From an uncultured Acidobacteriota bacterium (GTDB lineage: Bacteria > Acidobacteriota > Vicinamibacteria > Vicinamibacterales > Fen-181), in the NCBI GenBank assembly GCA_963724775.1, contig CAVRWB010000016.1, positions 28,815 through 92,814 on the forward strand: a DNA stretch of 64,000 bases, given 5' to 3'. A program made the position numbers and the translations under genes. Under the pieces are notes generated by a model. That model was not told the DNA's origin and did no database searches. It worked only from the letters and a program-made list of their open reading frames with translations. Of the stretch, positions 10,930 through 21,252 are shown piece after piece (the first letter of the stretch is position 1; each line of letters starts with the position of its first letter).

Positions 10930-12606
10930 ATGTCCCGATATTGCTGCTCCACGGTGCGCGGTGCGGTGGTCGTCGCGATCCTGTCGGTCCTTTCGCTCCC
11001 GTCGCCCGCGAACGCGCAAGCGAAGGCGGTTCGAGCCGGGACCGGGCTCCGGATCGAGATCTCGTTTCCCCAGGCTGCGCATGGCGAGCCGATCACCGGC
11101 CGCGTCTTCTTCATGCTGTCGAAGGCCGGCGACCGCGAGCCGCGGCTGCAGGTTGGCCGGACGGGGGTGCCGTTCTTCGGCCGCGACGTGGAGAAGCTCG
11201 CGCCGGGTCAGGCAGCCGTCATCGACGAGTCCGACCTCGGGACGCCGGTCGAGAGCCTGCGCGACATCCCGGCCGGCGACTACTTCGTCCAGGCGATGGT
11301 GAACGTCTACTCCGAGTTCCGGCGCGCCGACGGCCACGTGCTGTGGATGCACGACGACCAGTGGGAAGGGCAGCAGTGGAACCGGTCGCCGGGAAATCTC
11401 TACAGCGAGGTGCGACAGGTGCGGCTCGATCCCTCGAAGGGTGGGGTCGTGCGCCTGGTCGCCGACAAGATCATTCCGCCCGTACAGGTGCCGCCCGACA
11501 CGCCGTGGGTGAAGCGCTTCAAGTTCCAGAGCGCGTCGCTCACGAAGTTCTGGGGGAGGCCGATCTACCTCGGCGCCACCGTCCTGCTGCCGCGCGACTA
11601 CGACAAAGAGGAAACGCGCTACCCGGTCAACTACGTCCAGGGCCACTTCTCCCTGGCGCCGCCGCTCGGCTTCAACCCGGACTTCAAGCCGACCGAGCGC
11701 GCGGCCTACAACATCGCCCTCGACTGGATGAAGGACGACTTTCCCCGGATGGTCGTCGTCACCTTCCAGCACCCCACGCCGTACTTCGACGACTCGTACG
11801 CGGTCAACTCGGTGAACGTCGGGCCGTACGGCGACGCGATCATGCAGGAGCTGATCCCGGAGGTCGAGAAGCGGTTCCGCGTCATCAGGGAGCCGTATGC
11901 GCGCATCCTGTCCGGCGGTTCCACCGGCGGGTGGGAGTCGCTCGCGCTGCAGATCTTCCACCCGGACTTCTTCGGCGGCGCCTGGTCGTACTGCCCCGAC
12001 TCGGTGACGTTCACGGACGTCGAGGGCATCAACATCTACCAGGACGCGAATGCCTTCTACAAGGAGTTCGGATGGAGGCGGGTGCCGACGATCAACAGCC
12101 GCGAGGTCAACGGGCAAGTGCGCCAGACCTCCGAGCAGCGGAACCACTTCGAGCTGGTGAACGGCACGAAGGGCCGGTCTGGCGAGCAACTGGACATCTG
12201 GTCCGCCGTCTTCGGCCCTGTCGGGAAGGACGGCTACTTCGAACCGCTGTTCGACAAGAGGACGGGCGTGATGAACCCGCAGGTCGCCGAGTACTGGGGT
12301 GAGCACTACGACCTGCTCCGCTACCTCCAGAGGAACTGGGCGGCCCTCGGCCCGAAACTCGTGGACAAGCTGCACGTCTACACCGGCGACGCCGACACGT
12401 ACTTCCTCAACAACTCCACGCGCGAGCTCGAGCAGTGGATGAAGACGACGACGAATCCGCACTACGCGGGCTTCTTCCTTTACGGCGATGGCAAGCCGCA
12501 CTGCTGGGCCGGCCCGGGAACGGCCGGCGACCGCGTCAAGGAGATGGCCGGGTTCATCGCCGCCCACAAGCCAGACGGTGCCACGACCCCCTGGTGGCGG
12601 TACTAA
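10930..12606 (+). CDS. Secreted esterase (enterochelin/esterase-D 'putative esterase' family, alpha/beta hydrolase)
   Basis: Signal peptide MSRYCCSTVRGAVVVAILSVLSLPSPANAQ. GGSTGGWES is a GxSxG nucleophile elbow. The ORF has no frameshift. The upstream in-frame VDG-repeat extension would be encoded by array A and is probably not translated. Confidence 0.6.
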   Translation: MSRYCCSTVRGAVVVAILSVLSLPSPANAQAKAVRAGTGLRIEISFPQAAHGEPITGRVFFMLSKAGDREPRLQVGRTGVPFFGRDVEKLAPGQAAVIDESDLGTPVESLRDIPAGDYFVQAMVNVYSEFRRADGHVLWMHDDQWEGQQWNRSPGNLYSEVRQVRLDPSKGGVVRLVADKIIPPVQVPPDTPWVKRFKFQSASLTKFWGRPIYLGATVLLPRDYDKEETRYPVNYVQGHFSLAPPLGFNPDFKPTERAAYNIALDWMKDDFPRMVVVTFQHPTPYFDDSYAVNSVNVGPYGDAIMQELIPEVEKRFRVIREPYARILSGGSTGGWESLALQIFHPDFFGGAWSYCPDSVTFTDVEGINIYQDANAFYKEFGWRRVPTINSREVNGQVRQTSEQRNHFELVNGTKGRSGEQLDIWSAVFGPVGKDGYFEPLFDKRTGVMNPQVAEYWGEHYDLLRYLQRNWAALGPKLVDKLHVYTGDADTYFLNNSTRELEQWMKTTTNPHYAGFFLYGDGKPHCWAGPGTAGDRVKEMAGFIAAHKPDGATTPWWRY

Positions 12607-12615
12607 TACGGTTTG

Positions 12616-12798
12616 ACTCCGTTGACTCCGTCGACTCTGTTGACTCCGTTGACTCCGTTGACTCCGTTGACTCCGTCGACTCCGTCGACTCCGTTGACTC
12701 CGTCGACTCCGTTGACTCCGTCGACTCCGTTGACTCCGTCGACTCCGTTGACTCCGTCGACTCCGTTGACTCCGTCGACTCCGTCGACTCCGTTCAGC
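12616..12798. repeat. Tandem array B: about 20 copies of the 9-bp unit GACTCCGTY (reverse complement of array A) filling the gap between the esterase stop and the nei stop
   Basis: Read directly from the sequence; the unit alternates GTT and GTC at the end. Confidence 0.85.
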
Positions 12799-13621
12799 GC
12801 TGACACCTCGGGCACCAGTAGGTCCCGCGCGCGTCGGCGCCCTGCTTGAGGTAACTGATCGGGGTGCCGCAGCGTCGGCACGGCTTCCCAGCCCTTCCGT
12901 ACACCCACAACCGTGCGTCCGGATCGGCGCGCCTCGTGGTCCGCCGGTATCCTCCCCAGGTAGCCGCGCCGACGCTGCCGGCATCGATGACGTTCGCGCG
13001 AAGGAGCTCGTGGGCGACAGCGATCAGCTTCGCCACCTGCGCGTCGGTAAGGGAGGCGACGGTTCGAAACGGATCGAGGCCGGAGACGAACAGCACCTCC
13101 GACTTGAACACGTTCCCCACGCCCGCCATCACTCGCTGATTGAGGAGCACGTCGGTAAGCGGCGCGTCCGGCAGCGCCCGGAGGCGGCGTGCTGCCTCGC
13201 CGGCGTCGAACGCCTCGCCCAGCAGGTCCGGCCCGAGTGCCCGCAGCTCTTCGTGCCGCTCGAGATCGCGTGCCGTGAGGAACTCGGCCACCGGCACGTC
13301 GAAGGCGACGGCGACGTACTGGTCCGTGGCCACGACAACCCGCATGGCGGCGCGGGAGCGGCGCCACCGCTCGCCGGGACGGTAGATGTGCCAGCTGCCG
13401 CTCATGCGCATATGCGTGCGGAGATACAGCTCGCCGCTGAACTCGATCAGCAGGTGCTTGCCGACGGCGCGCGCCGCCACGACGGTGCGGCCGGCGATCG
13501 GATGGTCCTGGTCGATGCGCGCGAGGGCCGGCAGGACGGTCTCGAAGGACGTGACCACGCGCCCGGCAAGGGCCTTGTGCAGCGTGCGCGCCGTGCGGAA
13601 GAGCGTGTCGCCTTCGGGCAT
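12794..13621 (-). CDS. nei: Formamidopyrimidine-DNA glycosylase / endonuclease VIII family (Fpg/Nei)
   Basis: N-terminal MPEGDT (catalytic Pro2, Glu3). The H2TH region and a C-terminal zinc finger (CRRCGTPI...YWCPRCQ) are present. Confidence 0.8.
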   Translation of the reverse strand: MPEGDTLFRTARTLHKALAGRVVTSFETVLPALARIDQDHPIAGRTVVAARAVGKHLLIEFSGELYLRTHMRMSGSWHIYRPGERWRRSRAAMRVVVATDQYVAVAFDVPVAEFLTARDLERHEELRALGPDLLGEAFDAGEAARRLRALPDAPLTDVLLNQRVMAGVGNVFKSEVLFVSGLDPFRTVASLTDAQVAKLIAVAHELLRANVIDAGSVGAATWGGYRRTTRRADPDARLWVYGRAGKPCRRCGTPISYLKQGADARGTYWCPRCQR

Positions 13622-13630
13622 GTGGACCAA

Positions 13631-13673
13631 CGGAACGGAGAACTGAGAACGGAGAACTTGGAACTGAGAACTC
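13631..13673. repeat. Degenerate tandem repeat GGAGAACTGAGAACGGAGAACTTGGAACTGAGAAC between the lhr stop and the nei start
   Basis: Read directly from the sequence. It belongs to the AACGGAG / GAGAAC repeat family seen elsewhere in the window. Confidence 0.6.
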
Positions 13674-13730
13674 GCAATCGAGGCCGCGCTCTACCTCTGC
13701 ACTTTGCTCCGTGCACTCCGCGCTGGGTTC

Positions 13731-16700
13731 CTATTCGCGGGGCGGCGCGGCCTGGAAGCCGCCGGGGCGGCGGAGGAAGCCGGCCTCGAGCAGGAAGGGC
13801 GCCATCGGGTGATCCGCCGCTGACCGGCCGTCGATCTCCGCAACGAGCATTCCGTCGCGGTCGCTGCCGCCCGTCGCCAGCCGATACAGTGTCTGCGCAA
13901 CCTCGCGCCCGGTGACGCTCCGCGCCGGCTCGTCCTCGGGCAGGAACGTCAGGAACTGCCGGTCCGCGCGCCCGACGTACGCCGCCAGCATGCCGTTGAC
14001 GATGATGACGCCGGCGCCGACCGAGCGGGTGGGGCCGCGGCCGGACGTGATGGACGAGGCGTGGGGCAGAGCTTCCGCCTCCGCGCGAAGCGCTTCGGCG
14101 CGACCTCGCCGTAGCCTTGGCGAAGGCGGGCCAGCTTTGCCTTCAGGTCTCGGCGACCTGGAAGTCGGCGCGACACCCTGTTCGGCCGACATGGAGGTCG
14201 GCGCGCTGCTTCGCGCCGCCTCGCCCGGCCATCTGAGAATCGCCCCATACGGATTGGCCGGATCCGTCGCCGCCAGGTAGACGGTCTGCGGCGTCTCCGG
14301 TTCGTCGCGTACCGAGCGCAAGAGATCCACGGCCGAGGGGAGCGCGAACTGCGTCGCTCCCAGGCCGCCCACGAAGTAGCCGCGGCGGATCCGCCCCGCC
14401 TCCTCCATCGCCTTCAGCACGTCATACACCGTGCTGAAGCCGCCGGGCAGGTTCTCCACCGCGATTGTCTCCCGCGTGACGATGCCGTGGCGCGTGAGGA
14501 GCTGCGAGGCGACGGCCGCCGCCCACTCGGTGGGGGAGGGATGCGTCCCGACGCGCGCTTCCACGAGGCTCCATCGTCCCTCCGCGGTCGCGGGCGTCAG
14601 GCGGCGCGACCGGAACGGCTGCGTTCGGTCGTGGCGCCGCGAGCGTTTCACTGGCGGCTGCGTGAAGGCGCGCAGCGGGTGGAACGTGTCGTTGGTGACC
14701 AGCCCTCGCCACACCAGGTCCCACAGCGTGTCCACCGTCTCGCGCGGGTAGCCGCCCCCGGCCGCCTGGTGGACGGCGGCGAAGAACGACGCACCCTCGC
14801 GGCGCAGGTGCTGCACGATTCGGGTGGCGCGATCGTCGAGTTCTCCCGCGGCTGCCCGCGGCGGCAGCAGCTTCGCCAGGTGATCGGCCAGGTAGACGGC
14901 GATGCGCCCGTCCCGGTCGCCAAGCGGCTCCACGCCAACCCACGCGATCTCGCCAGCGCTGGTGAGCACGTCCAGGTCGCCCGGCCGGTAGCCGTCGAGG
15001 CGCGACGGCAGGATCTCGCGCTCGAGAAGCGACGCCGGCAGCGGCGCGCCCTGGAGCTGCTCGATGGCATCGAGCAGCGCGTCGAGACCGGATCGTCGGA
15101 CGCCGAGGCCATGCCAGGTCGTCGCGAGGCGGCCCAGCGCAGCCGCGCTCACCGGTTCCACTTCGTGCCGCAGCTTCGCCAGCGAGCGCTGGCGGATCTG
15201 CGCGCAGCACGTCCGCCTCGCACCACTCCCGCCCCACCCGCCCGGGCGTGAACGCGCCCTGCAGCACGCGTCCGCGCGCCGCGAGTTGCGCGAGGGCGCC
15301 AGCGACGGCTCTCGGGGGCAGTCCCAGGCGGGCGGCGACGGCCTCGGTGGGGAACGGCCCGTGCGTCCGCGCGTAGCGCAAGACGAGATCGCCGAGCGGG
15401 ATCGGCAAGCGGTTCGAGGAGCGCATCCGGGAGGCCGAGCGGCAGCGGGGCGCCCAGCGCATCGCGGTACCTGGCGGCATCTTCCACGGCGATGAACCGA
15501 GGCGAACCCGCCACCGGCACCTCGATCGCGCGCCTGTCGGCGACGAGCTCGCGAATCGAGCGTGCGACAATCCCGCTCTCGGAACGCGCGCGAATCTCTT
15601 CCGAATCCAGGTCGCCCAGGCGCAGCAGCATGTCGTGGAGTGCGTCGCGGCTGCGAGCCCGGTAGCGGGGCTCGATCCGCTGCAGCTGCTGTTCCACCTC
15701 GTCGATCACCGCGGGATCCAGCAGCTCCCGCAGTTCCATGTCGCCGAGGAGGTCCTTCAGCTGCGACTGGTCCACCAGCAACGCCTGCGCCCGCCGCTCC
15801 GCGAGCGGCGCGTCGCCGTCGTAGATGAAGTTGGCGGTGTAGGCGAAGAGCAGCGACGAGGCGAACGGCGACGGGGCCTCGGTGTTGATCGTCACCGTTC
15901 GAATCGACCGGCTGCCGACGCGGCCGAGCAGGTCGACGAGCGCCGCCACGTCGAATTGATCCCGAAGGCACTCGCGGTAGGTCTCGAGCAGGGCCGGGAA
16001 CGAGCCGAACCGCGACGCGACGGCCAGCAGGTCGGATGCGCGCTTGCGCTGCTGCCAGAGCGGCGTGCGTGCGCCCGGGCGGCGCCGGGGCAGCAGCAGG
16101 GCGCGGGCGGCCACCTCCCGGAACCGCGCGGCGAACAGCGCGGTGCCACCGAGCTGCCGGAGGAGGAGACGCTCGACCTCCTCGGCAGGCGGCACCAGCA
16201 GCGCGGCGTCCGGCGGCTCGTCGGTGTCCGGGAACCTCACGACAAAGCCATCGTCGGACCACATCGTCTCGACCTCGATGTCGCGCTGCTCCCGGATGCG
16301 GGCCTCCGCGACCATCGCCCACGGTGCCAGGACCTGGCTGCCGTAAGGCGCGAGGACACACACTCGCCAGTCGCCGAGCTCGTCGCGATAGCGCTCGATG
16401 ACGAGCGTCCGATCATCGGGGACCGCCTGGGTGGCCCGCTCCTGGTCGGACAGGTACTGCAGCAGGTTCTCCGCCGCGGTGCGGTCGAGGTCGTGATCCT
16501 TGATCAGCCTGGCGAGCGCTGCGCCGCGCGGCATCCCGCGCAGCTCGCGCACCAGGCGCCCGATCGCCATGCCGAGTTCCAACGGCCGGCCCGGCCGGTC
16601 GCCGTGCCAGAAGGGCATCTTCCCGGGTTCGCCGGGTGCCGGGGACACCGCCACCCGGTCGTGCGTGATCTCCTCGATGCGCCACGTGGACGCGCCGAGC

Positions 16701-18458
16701 ACGAACGTCTCGCCGACCCGCGACTCGAAGACCATCTCCTCGTCCAGCTCGCCCACGCGCGCCGCGCCCTTGGGCGCACCGGCGAGGAACACGCCGTAGA
16801 GACCGCGGTCGGGAATGGTGCCCGCGTTGGCGATGGCCACGCGCCCGGCGCCCTGCCGCGCGGTCAGCGTCCCGCCGATCCGGTCCCAGGTGAGGCGAGG
16901 CCGCAGTTCCGCGAACTCGTCCGACGGGTAACGCCCGGACAGCATGTCGAGGACGCCCTCGAAGATGCCGCGCGAGAGGCTGGCATAGGGCGCGGCGCAG
17001 CGCACGGTGGCGAGGAGGTCGTCCACGCGCCACGGATCGGTCGCGACCGTGGCCACCACCTGCTGCGCGAGCACGTCGAGCGGGTTGCGCGGGTAGCGCG
17101 TCGCCTCGACGAGCCCCTCGTGCATGGCACGGGTGACGGCGGCGCAGGCGACCAGGTCGCCGCGGAATTTCGGGAAGACGACGCCCTCGCTGACCGCGTT
17201 CACCTGGTGGCTGGCGCGGCCGATTCGCTGCATGCCGCTCGCGACCGACGGGGGCGCTTCGATCTGGATGACGAGATCGATGGCGCCCATGTCGATCCCG
17301 AGTTCCAGCGACGAGGTGGCGACGAGCGCCGGGATTCGTCCCGCCTTCAGCGCGTCCTCGATCTCGACGCGTTGCTCGCGCGCCAGCGAGCCGTGGTGCG
17401 CCCGCGCGATCGTCTCGCCCGCCAGCTCGTTCAGGGATGCCGGCCAGGCGCTCCGCGAGGCGCCGGCTGTTCGCGAAGAGCAGCGTGCTCCGGTGAGCGC
17501 GAATCAGGTCGAGCAGGCGCGGGTGGATGCTCGACCAGATCGACGGCGCGGCGGCACCCTGCGCGGCCGGTCCGCTTGGGATCTCGATCGGCTTGGCCAG
17601 CTTCGCCAGGTCCTCGACCGGCACCTCCACCTTCAGCGCCAGCCGCTTGGGCTGCCGTGCGTCGATGACGGCGACGGGCCGGTACTCGATGGCTGGCGCG
17701 TCGGCGGAGAACTCGTCGTGCAGCTCGCCACGGAGGTCGGGCGCGCCCTGGGGTTTCCGCTTGGAGGTGTGGCGCGGACCTTCCGGCTCCTTCTTGACCG
17801 CTCCGCCGAGGAACCGCGCGACTTCGTCGAGCGGCCGCTGCGTGGCAGACAGGCCGATGCGCTGAAGCGTTCGCGGGCAGACGGCCTGCAGCCGCTCGAG
17901 CGACAGCGCGAGATGCGCGCCGCGCTTGGTGGGCACCAGCGCGTGGATCTCGTCCACGATGACCGTCTCGACCGAGCGAAGCACCTCGCGGGCCCGGGAC
18001 GAGAGCAGGAGGTAGAGCGACTCGGGAGTCGTGATGAGGATGTCGGCCGGCTCGCGCAAAAACCGCGCGCGTTCGGCGGACGGCGTGTCGCCCGTGCGGA
18101 CCGAGACGGCGGGTGGCGTGAACGACTCGCCCCGCGTTTGCGCGAGATTGGCGATGCCTGCGATGGGGGATCGCAGGTTCCGCTCGACGTCCACCGCGAG
18201 CGCCTTCAGCGGCGACACGTAGAGGACCCGGCACCGCGCGGAGCGCTCGGGCAGCGGTGAGAACATCACCCGGTTGACCGCCCACAGGAAGGCCGCGAGC
18301 GTCTTCCCGCTGCCGGTCGGCGACAGGATGAGCGTGGACTCCCCCCGCGCAATCGCCGGCCAGCCGAGCGCCTGCGGGGTCGTGGGCTCGCCGAACGAGG
18401 CGGCAAACCACTGCGCCACGGCGGGGTGGAACAGGCTCAGCGGGGACGGACGGGGCAT
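13731..18458 (-). CDS. lhr: Lhr-type large ATP-dependent helicase (DEAD/DEAH + Lhr C-terminal domains), at least 3-4 apparent frameshifts
   Basis: N-terminal LILSPTGSGKTLAAFL (motif I) and VIVDEIHAL (motif II). The middle contains MGAIDLVIQIEAPPSVASGMQRIGRASH (motifs V/VI). The winged-helix and Lhr C-terminal domains are spread over the 16413, 15149, 14422 and 13731 frames; one shift is near 17445 (LAERLAG|LNELAGE). Confidence 0.8.
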
Positions 18459-18474
18459 GGGGAATTCTATGATG

Positions 18475-18570
18475 GGATTGACGATTGACGATTGACGAGT
18501 GGCGATTGACGAGTGTGACGGCGACCGTCCCGAATTCGTCAATCATCAGTCGGCAATCGTCATTTGCCGA
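18475..18570. repeat. (GATTGACGA)n-type heptamer/nonamer tandem repeat plus a related TCGTCAATC...GGCAATCGTCATTTGCC segment between the lhr start and the upstream gene
   Basis: gattgacgattgacgattgacgagtggcgattgacgagtgtgacgg. Confidence 0.6.
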
Positions 18571-18971
18571 TCTGCTGATCCCCCGCACTCCGTACACGTC
18601 CCGTCCTCGAACATCCGTTCCGGCGCCGTGGGCCGGCCGCACTGCACGCAGGGCGTGTAGGTGGCGCGGCGCGAATCGCGGGCAGCGCGGATGAGGGCGT
18701 TGAGGCTGGCGAGGGCGTGAATCTCCGGCATGCGGCGCCATTGGACGCTGCCGAACAGGATCGGCCGGACGGACAGGTCGTTGGGTCCGTCCCACTCGAC
18801 GGCGTATTCCGACACCGAGGCCATCGAGCGCGTGAGCCGAACGACGACTTCGCCCGGGTCGCCGCCGACGAGGACCACGGACCCGTCGCGTACTGGCTCC
18901 TCGACAACCGGCTGCGGCAGCTCGTGCCTCACCGAGGTCAGGAGCGCTTCCCACTCGAGCCTGTCGGCCAT
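18546..18971 (-). CDS. Hypothetical protein with C-terminal CxxC...CxxC zinc-ribbon, immediately upstream of lhr
   Basis: ORF with the C-terminus TPCVQCGRPTAPERMFEDGTCTECGG. No recognisable family. Confidence 0.35.
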   Translation of the reverse strand: MADRLEWEALLTSVRHELPQPVVEEPVRDGSVVLVGGDPGEVVVRLTRSMASVSEYAVEWDGPNDLSVRPILFGSVQWRRMPEIHALASLNALIRAARDSRRATYTPCVQCGRPTAPERMFEDGTCTECGGSADRQMTIAD

Positions 18972-18984
18972 GTCGGAATTCTAG

Positions 18985-19067
<83 letters not shown>

Positions 19068-19095
19068 GGGCAAGCTGGCGACCTTTCTTGACCGT

Positions 19096-19800
19096 TTGGC
19101 TCCAAGTAGGCGATTATTCCGGGCCATGCCGATTGAGGTCTCCCGCTTCACCGCCGTCTTGATGGACCAGGTGCAGCTTGCCGCGCTCGCCTTCATGGCG
19201 GTCGTCTACGTCGTCAAGGTCCGGTGGATCCTCGGTTTCCGTGCCAGCGTCGAGCGGACGCCCGCGCGCGGCAGCCACGCGAAGGGGATCGGCTATGCCT
19301 ACGCCACCCTGGCCATGCCGTGGGATGTCCCCAGCACCCGGGTGCACTGGTTCCGCTGGGTGGAGTTCGTCGTCTTCCACGTGGCGGTGGCCGCGGCCAT
19401 CGTCCTCACCTTCGTCATGCCCTACTGGCCGGGCGCGGTCGGCGGGCCGGTGACCGTCGCCGCCCTGCAAACGCTCTTCGCTCTCGGTGCCGCGGTCGCC
19501 GTATCGCGCCTGGTCCGCCGGTTCACACGACCGGAGATGAGGCTGATCACCACGCCCGACGATCTCTTTTCGCTCGTCATGCTCGCCGCGTGGCTCGCCG
19601 CCGGCGTTCTCGCCGCCCCGCAGCGCAGCGAGGCCGCGCTCGTCGCATTCTTCGGGCTGACGGCGTTCTTCCTCGTCTACGTGCCCTTCTCGAAGATCTC
19701 GCACTACATCTACTACCCGTTCATCCGTTATTACATCGGCAAGCACTTCGGCCATCGAGGCTCGTACCCGCCATCCCGCGCGGCGCGCCAGGCCTCATGA
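19096..19800 (+). CDS. NarI-like di-heme membrane subunit (HdrE/DsrM family)
   Basis: About 5 predicted TM helices and a size of about 230 aa. His pairs sit in TM2 (HWFRWVEFVVFH) and in the last helix (SHYIYYPFIRYYIGKHFGH). It lies directly upstream of a CCG-domain Fe-S protein. Confidence 0.5.
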   Translation: MAPSRRLFRAMPIEVSRFTAVLMDQVQLAALAFMAVVYVVKVRWILGFRASVERTPARGSHAKGIGYAYATLAMPWDVPSTRVHWFRWVEFVVFHVAVAAAIVLTFVMPYWPGAVGGPVTVAALQTLFALGAAVAVSRLVRRFTRPEMRLITTPDDLFSLVMLAAWLAAGVLAAPQRSEAALVAFFGLTAFFLVYVPFSKISHYIYYPFIRYYIGKHFGHRGSYPPSRAARQAS

Positions 19801-19846
19801 GAGCGGCCATTCTCATTCGCGCCCTCGCTTCCAGGACAGGACGACC

Positions 19847-21235
19847 GTGAGCGACAACGATTCGAAAACCGGCGAAGCCAAGGTGCGCGAGTTCGTCGAC
19901 GGGTTCCACCGCAAGCTGACGCGCCAGGCGGTGCTGTCGTTCGCCAGCTGCGTGCACTGCGGCCTCTGCACCGACTCGTGCCACTACTACCTCGCGACCG
20001 GCGATCCCGAGATGGCGCCGGCCTACAAGGCCGACCAGGTGCGGAAGCTGTTCAAGGCGGAAGTGGACTGGCTGGGCCGGATCGCGCCCTGGTGGGTGGG
20101 CGGACGCAAGGTGTCCGACGAGGCGCAGCTCCACGCCCTCAAGGACGTCGTCTTCGGCTCCTGCACGATGTGCCGCCGCTGCACCTTCTCCTGCCCGTTC
20201 GGAGTGGACAAGGGCCTGATCATGCGCACGGCGCGCGGGTTGTTGACGGCGCAGGGCATCGCGCCGGCGGGCGTGCTGGCCGTGAACAAGGACCAGTGGG
20301 AAACCGGCAACCAGATGGCGGTCTCCCAGGAGGACTACCTCGAGACGCTCGACTGGCTGCAGGACGAACTGCGCGGCGAGACGGGCGACCCCGAGGCCGC
20401 GATCCCGATCGACAAGCCGGGCGCACGCATCGTGTACGTGGTGAACCCGCGCGAAATCAAGTACGCCCCGCTGTCGCTCCTCGCCGCCGCCAAGATCTTC
20501 CACGCGGTCGGCGAAGACTGGACGATGCCATCGGTCGGCTGGGACAACACGAGCTTCGGCCTCTTCTCGGGCGACGACGCCCTTGGCGCCCACATCGGCA
20601 AGCTGGCGTACGACCAGGCGATCAAGCTCGGCGTGCAGAAGATGGTCGTGTCCGAGTGCGGGCACGGCCTGCGCGCGACCAAGTGGGAAGCGCCGAACTG
20701 GGCGGGGATGGATCTCCCGTTCCCGATCGAAAGCTTCATCGAGACGATGGTGCAGTACGTCAACGAGGGCCGGCTGGTCCTCGACCGGTCGCGCAACCCC
20801 AAGCCGGTGACCTATCACGACCCGTGCAACGTCGCGCGGTCGGGCGGCATGACGGAGGAGCCGCGCTTCCTGCTCGAGAAGGCGTGCGCGGACTTCCGGG
20901 AGATGACGCCCAATCGGCAGGAGAACTTCTGCTGCACGGGCGGCGGCGGTGCGATGTCGATGTCCGAGTACACCCCGCGGCGGCTGCAGACGGCGAAGAT
21001 CAAGGCCGACCAGATCACGGCCACCGGCGCGCAGGCCGTCGCCACCGCCTGCCACAACTGCATCGACGGCCTGACGGACCTGATCAAGCACTACAAGCTC
21101 AACGTGCCGGTGCGGAACGTGTGCGAGTTCGTGGCAGATGCGATGGTGGTGGACGAGAAGGGCCGGACGAGAATCGGCTTAGGGCTTGGGGCTCAAGGCT
21201 CAGGGAAACCCGATCCGACATGGCCCTCACTCTGA
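19847..21235 (+). CDS. Fe-S oxidoreductase with two 4Fe-4S ferredoxin motifs and two CCG domains (HdrD/DsrK/GlpC/GlcF family)
   Basis: CVHCGLCTDSC and CTMCRRCTFSCP motifs. CCG-domain cysteines are present (ECGHG...DPCNV; FCCTGGGG...ACHNC). Confidence 0.7.
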   Translation: MSDNDSKTGEAKVREFVDGFHRKLTRQAVLSFASCVHCGLCTDSCHYYLATGDPEMAPAYKADQVRKLFKAEVDWLGRIAPWWVGGRKVSDEAQLHALKDVVFGSCTMCRRCTFSCPFGVDKGLIMRTARGLLTAQGIAPAGVLAVNKDQWETGNQMAVSQEDYLETLDWLQDELRGETGDPEAAIPIDKPGARIVYVVNPREIKYAPLSLLAAAKIFHAVGEDWTMPSVGWDNTSFGLFSGDDALGAHIGKLAYDQAIKLGVQKMVVSECGHGLRATKWEAPNWAGMDLPFPIESFIETMVQYVNEGRLVLDRSRNPKPVTYHDPCNVARSGGMTEEPRFLLEKACADFREMTPNRQENFCCTGGGGAMSMSEYTPRRLQTAKIKADQITATGAQAVATACHNCIDGLTDLIKHYKLNVPVRNVCEFVADAMVVDEKGRTRIGLGLGAQGSGKPDPTWPSL

Positions 21236-21252
21236 GCCGTAAGCCCTGAGCC

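Noticed and set aside
12603-13367. Minus-strand ORF reading array B as a (VDGVNG)n repeat protein
   Set aside because: It is out of frame with nei and overlaps it. It has no start context and is simply a translation of the simple-sequence repeat.
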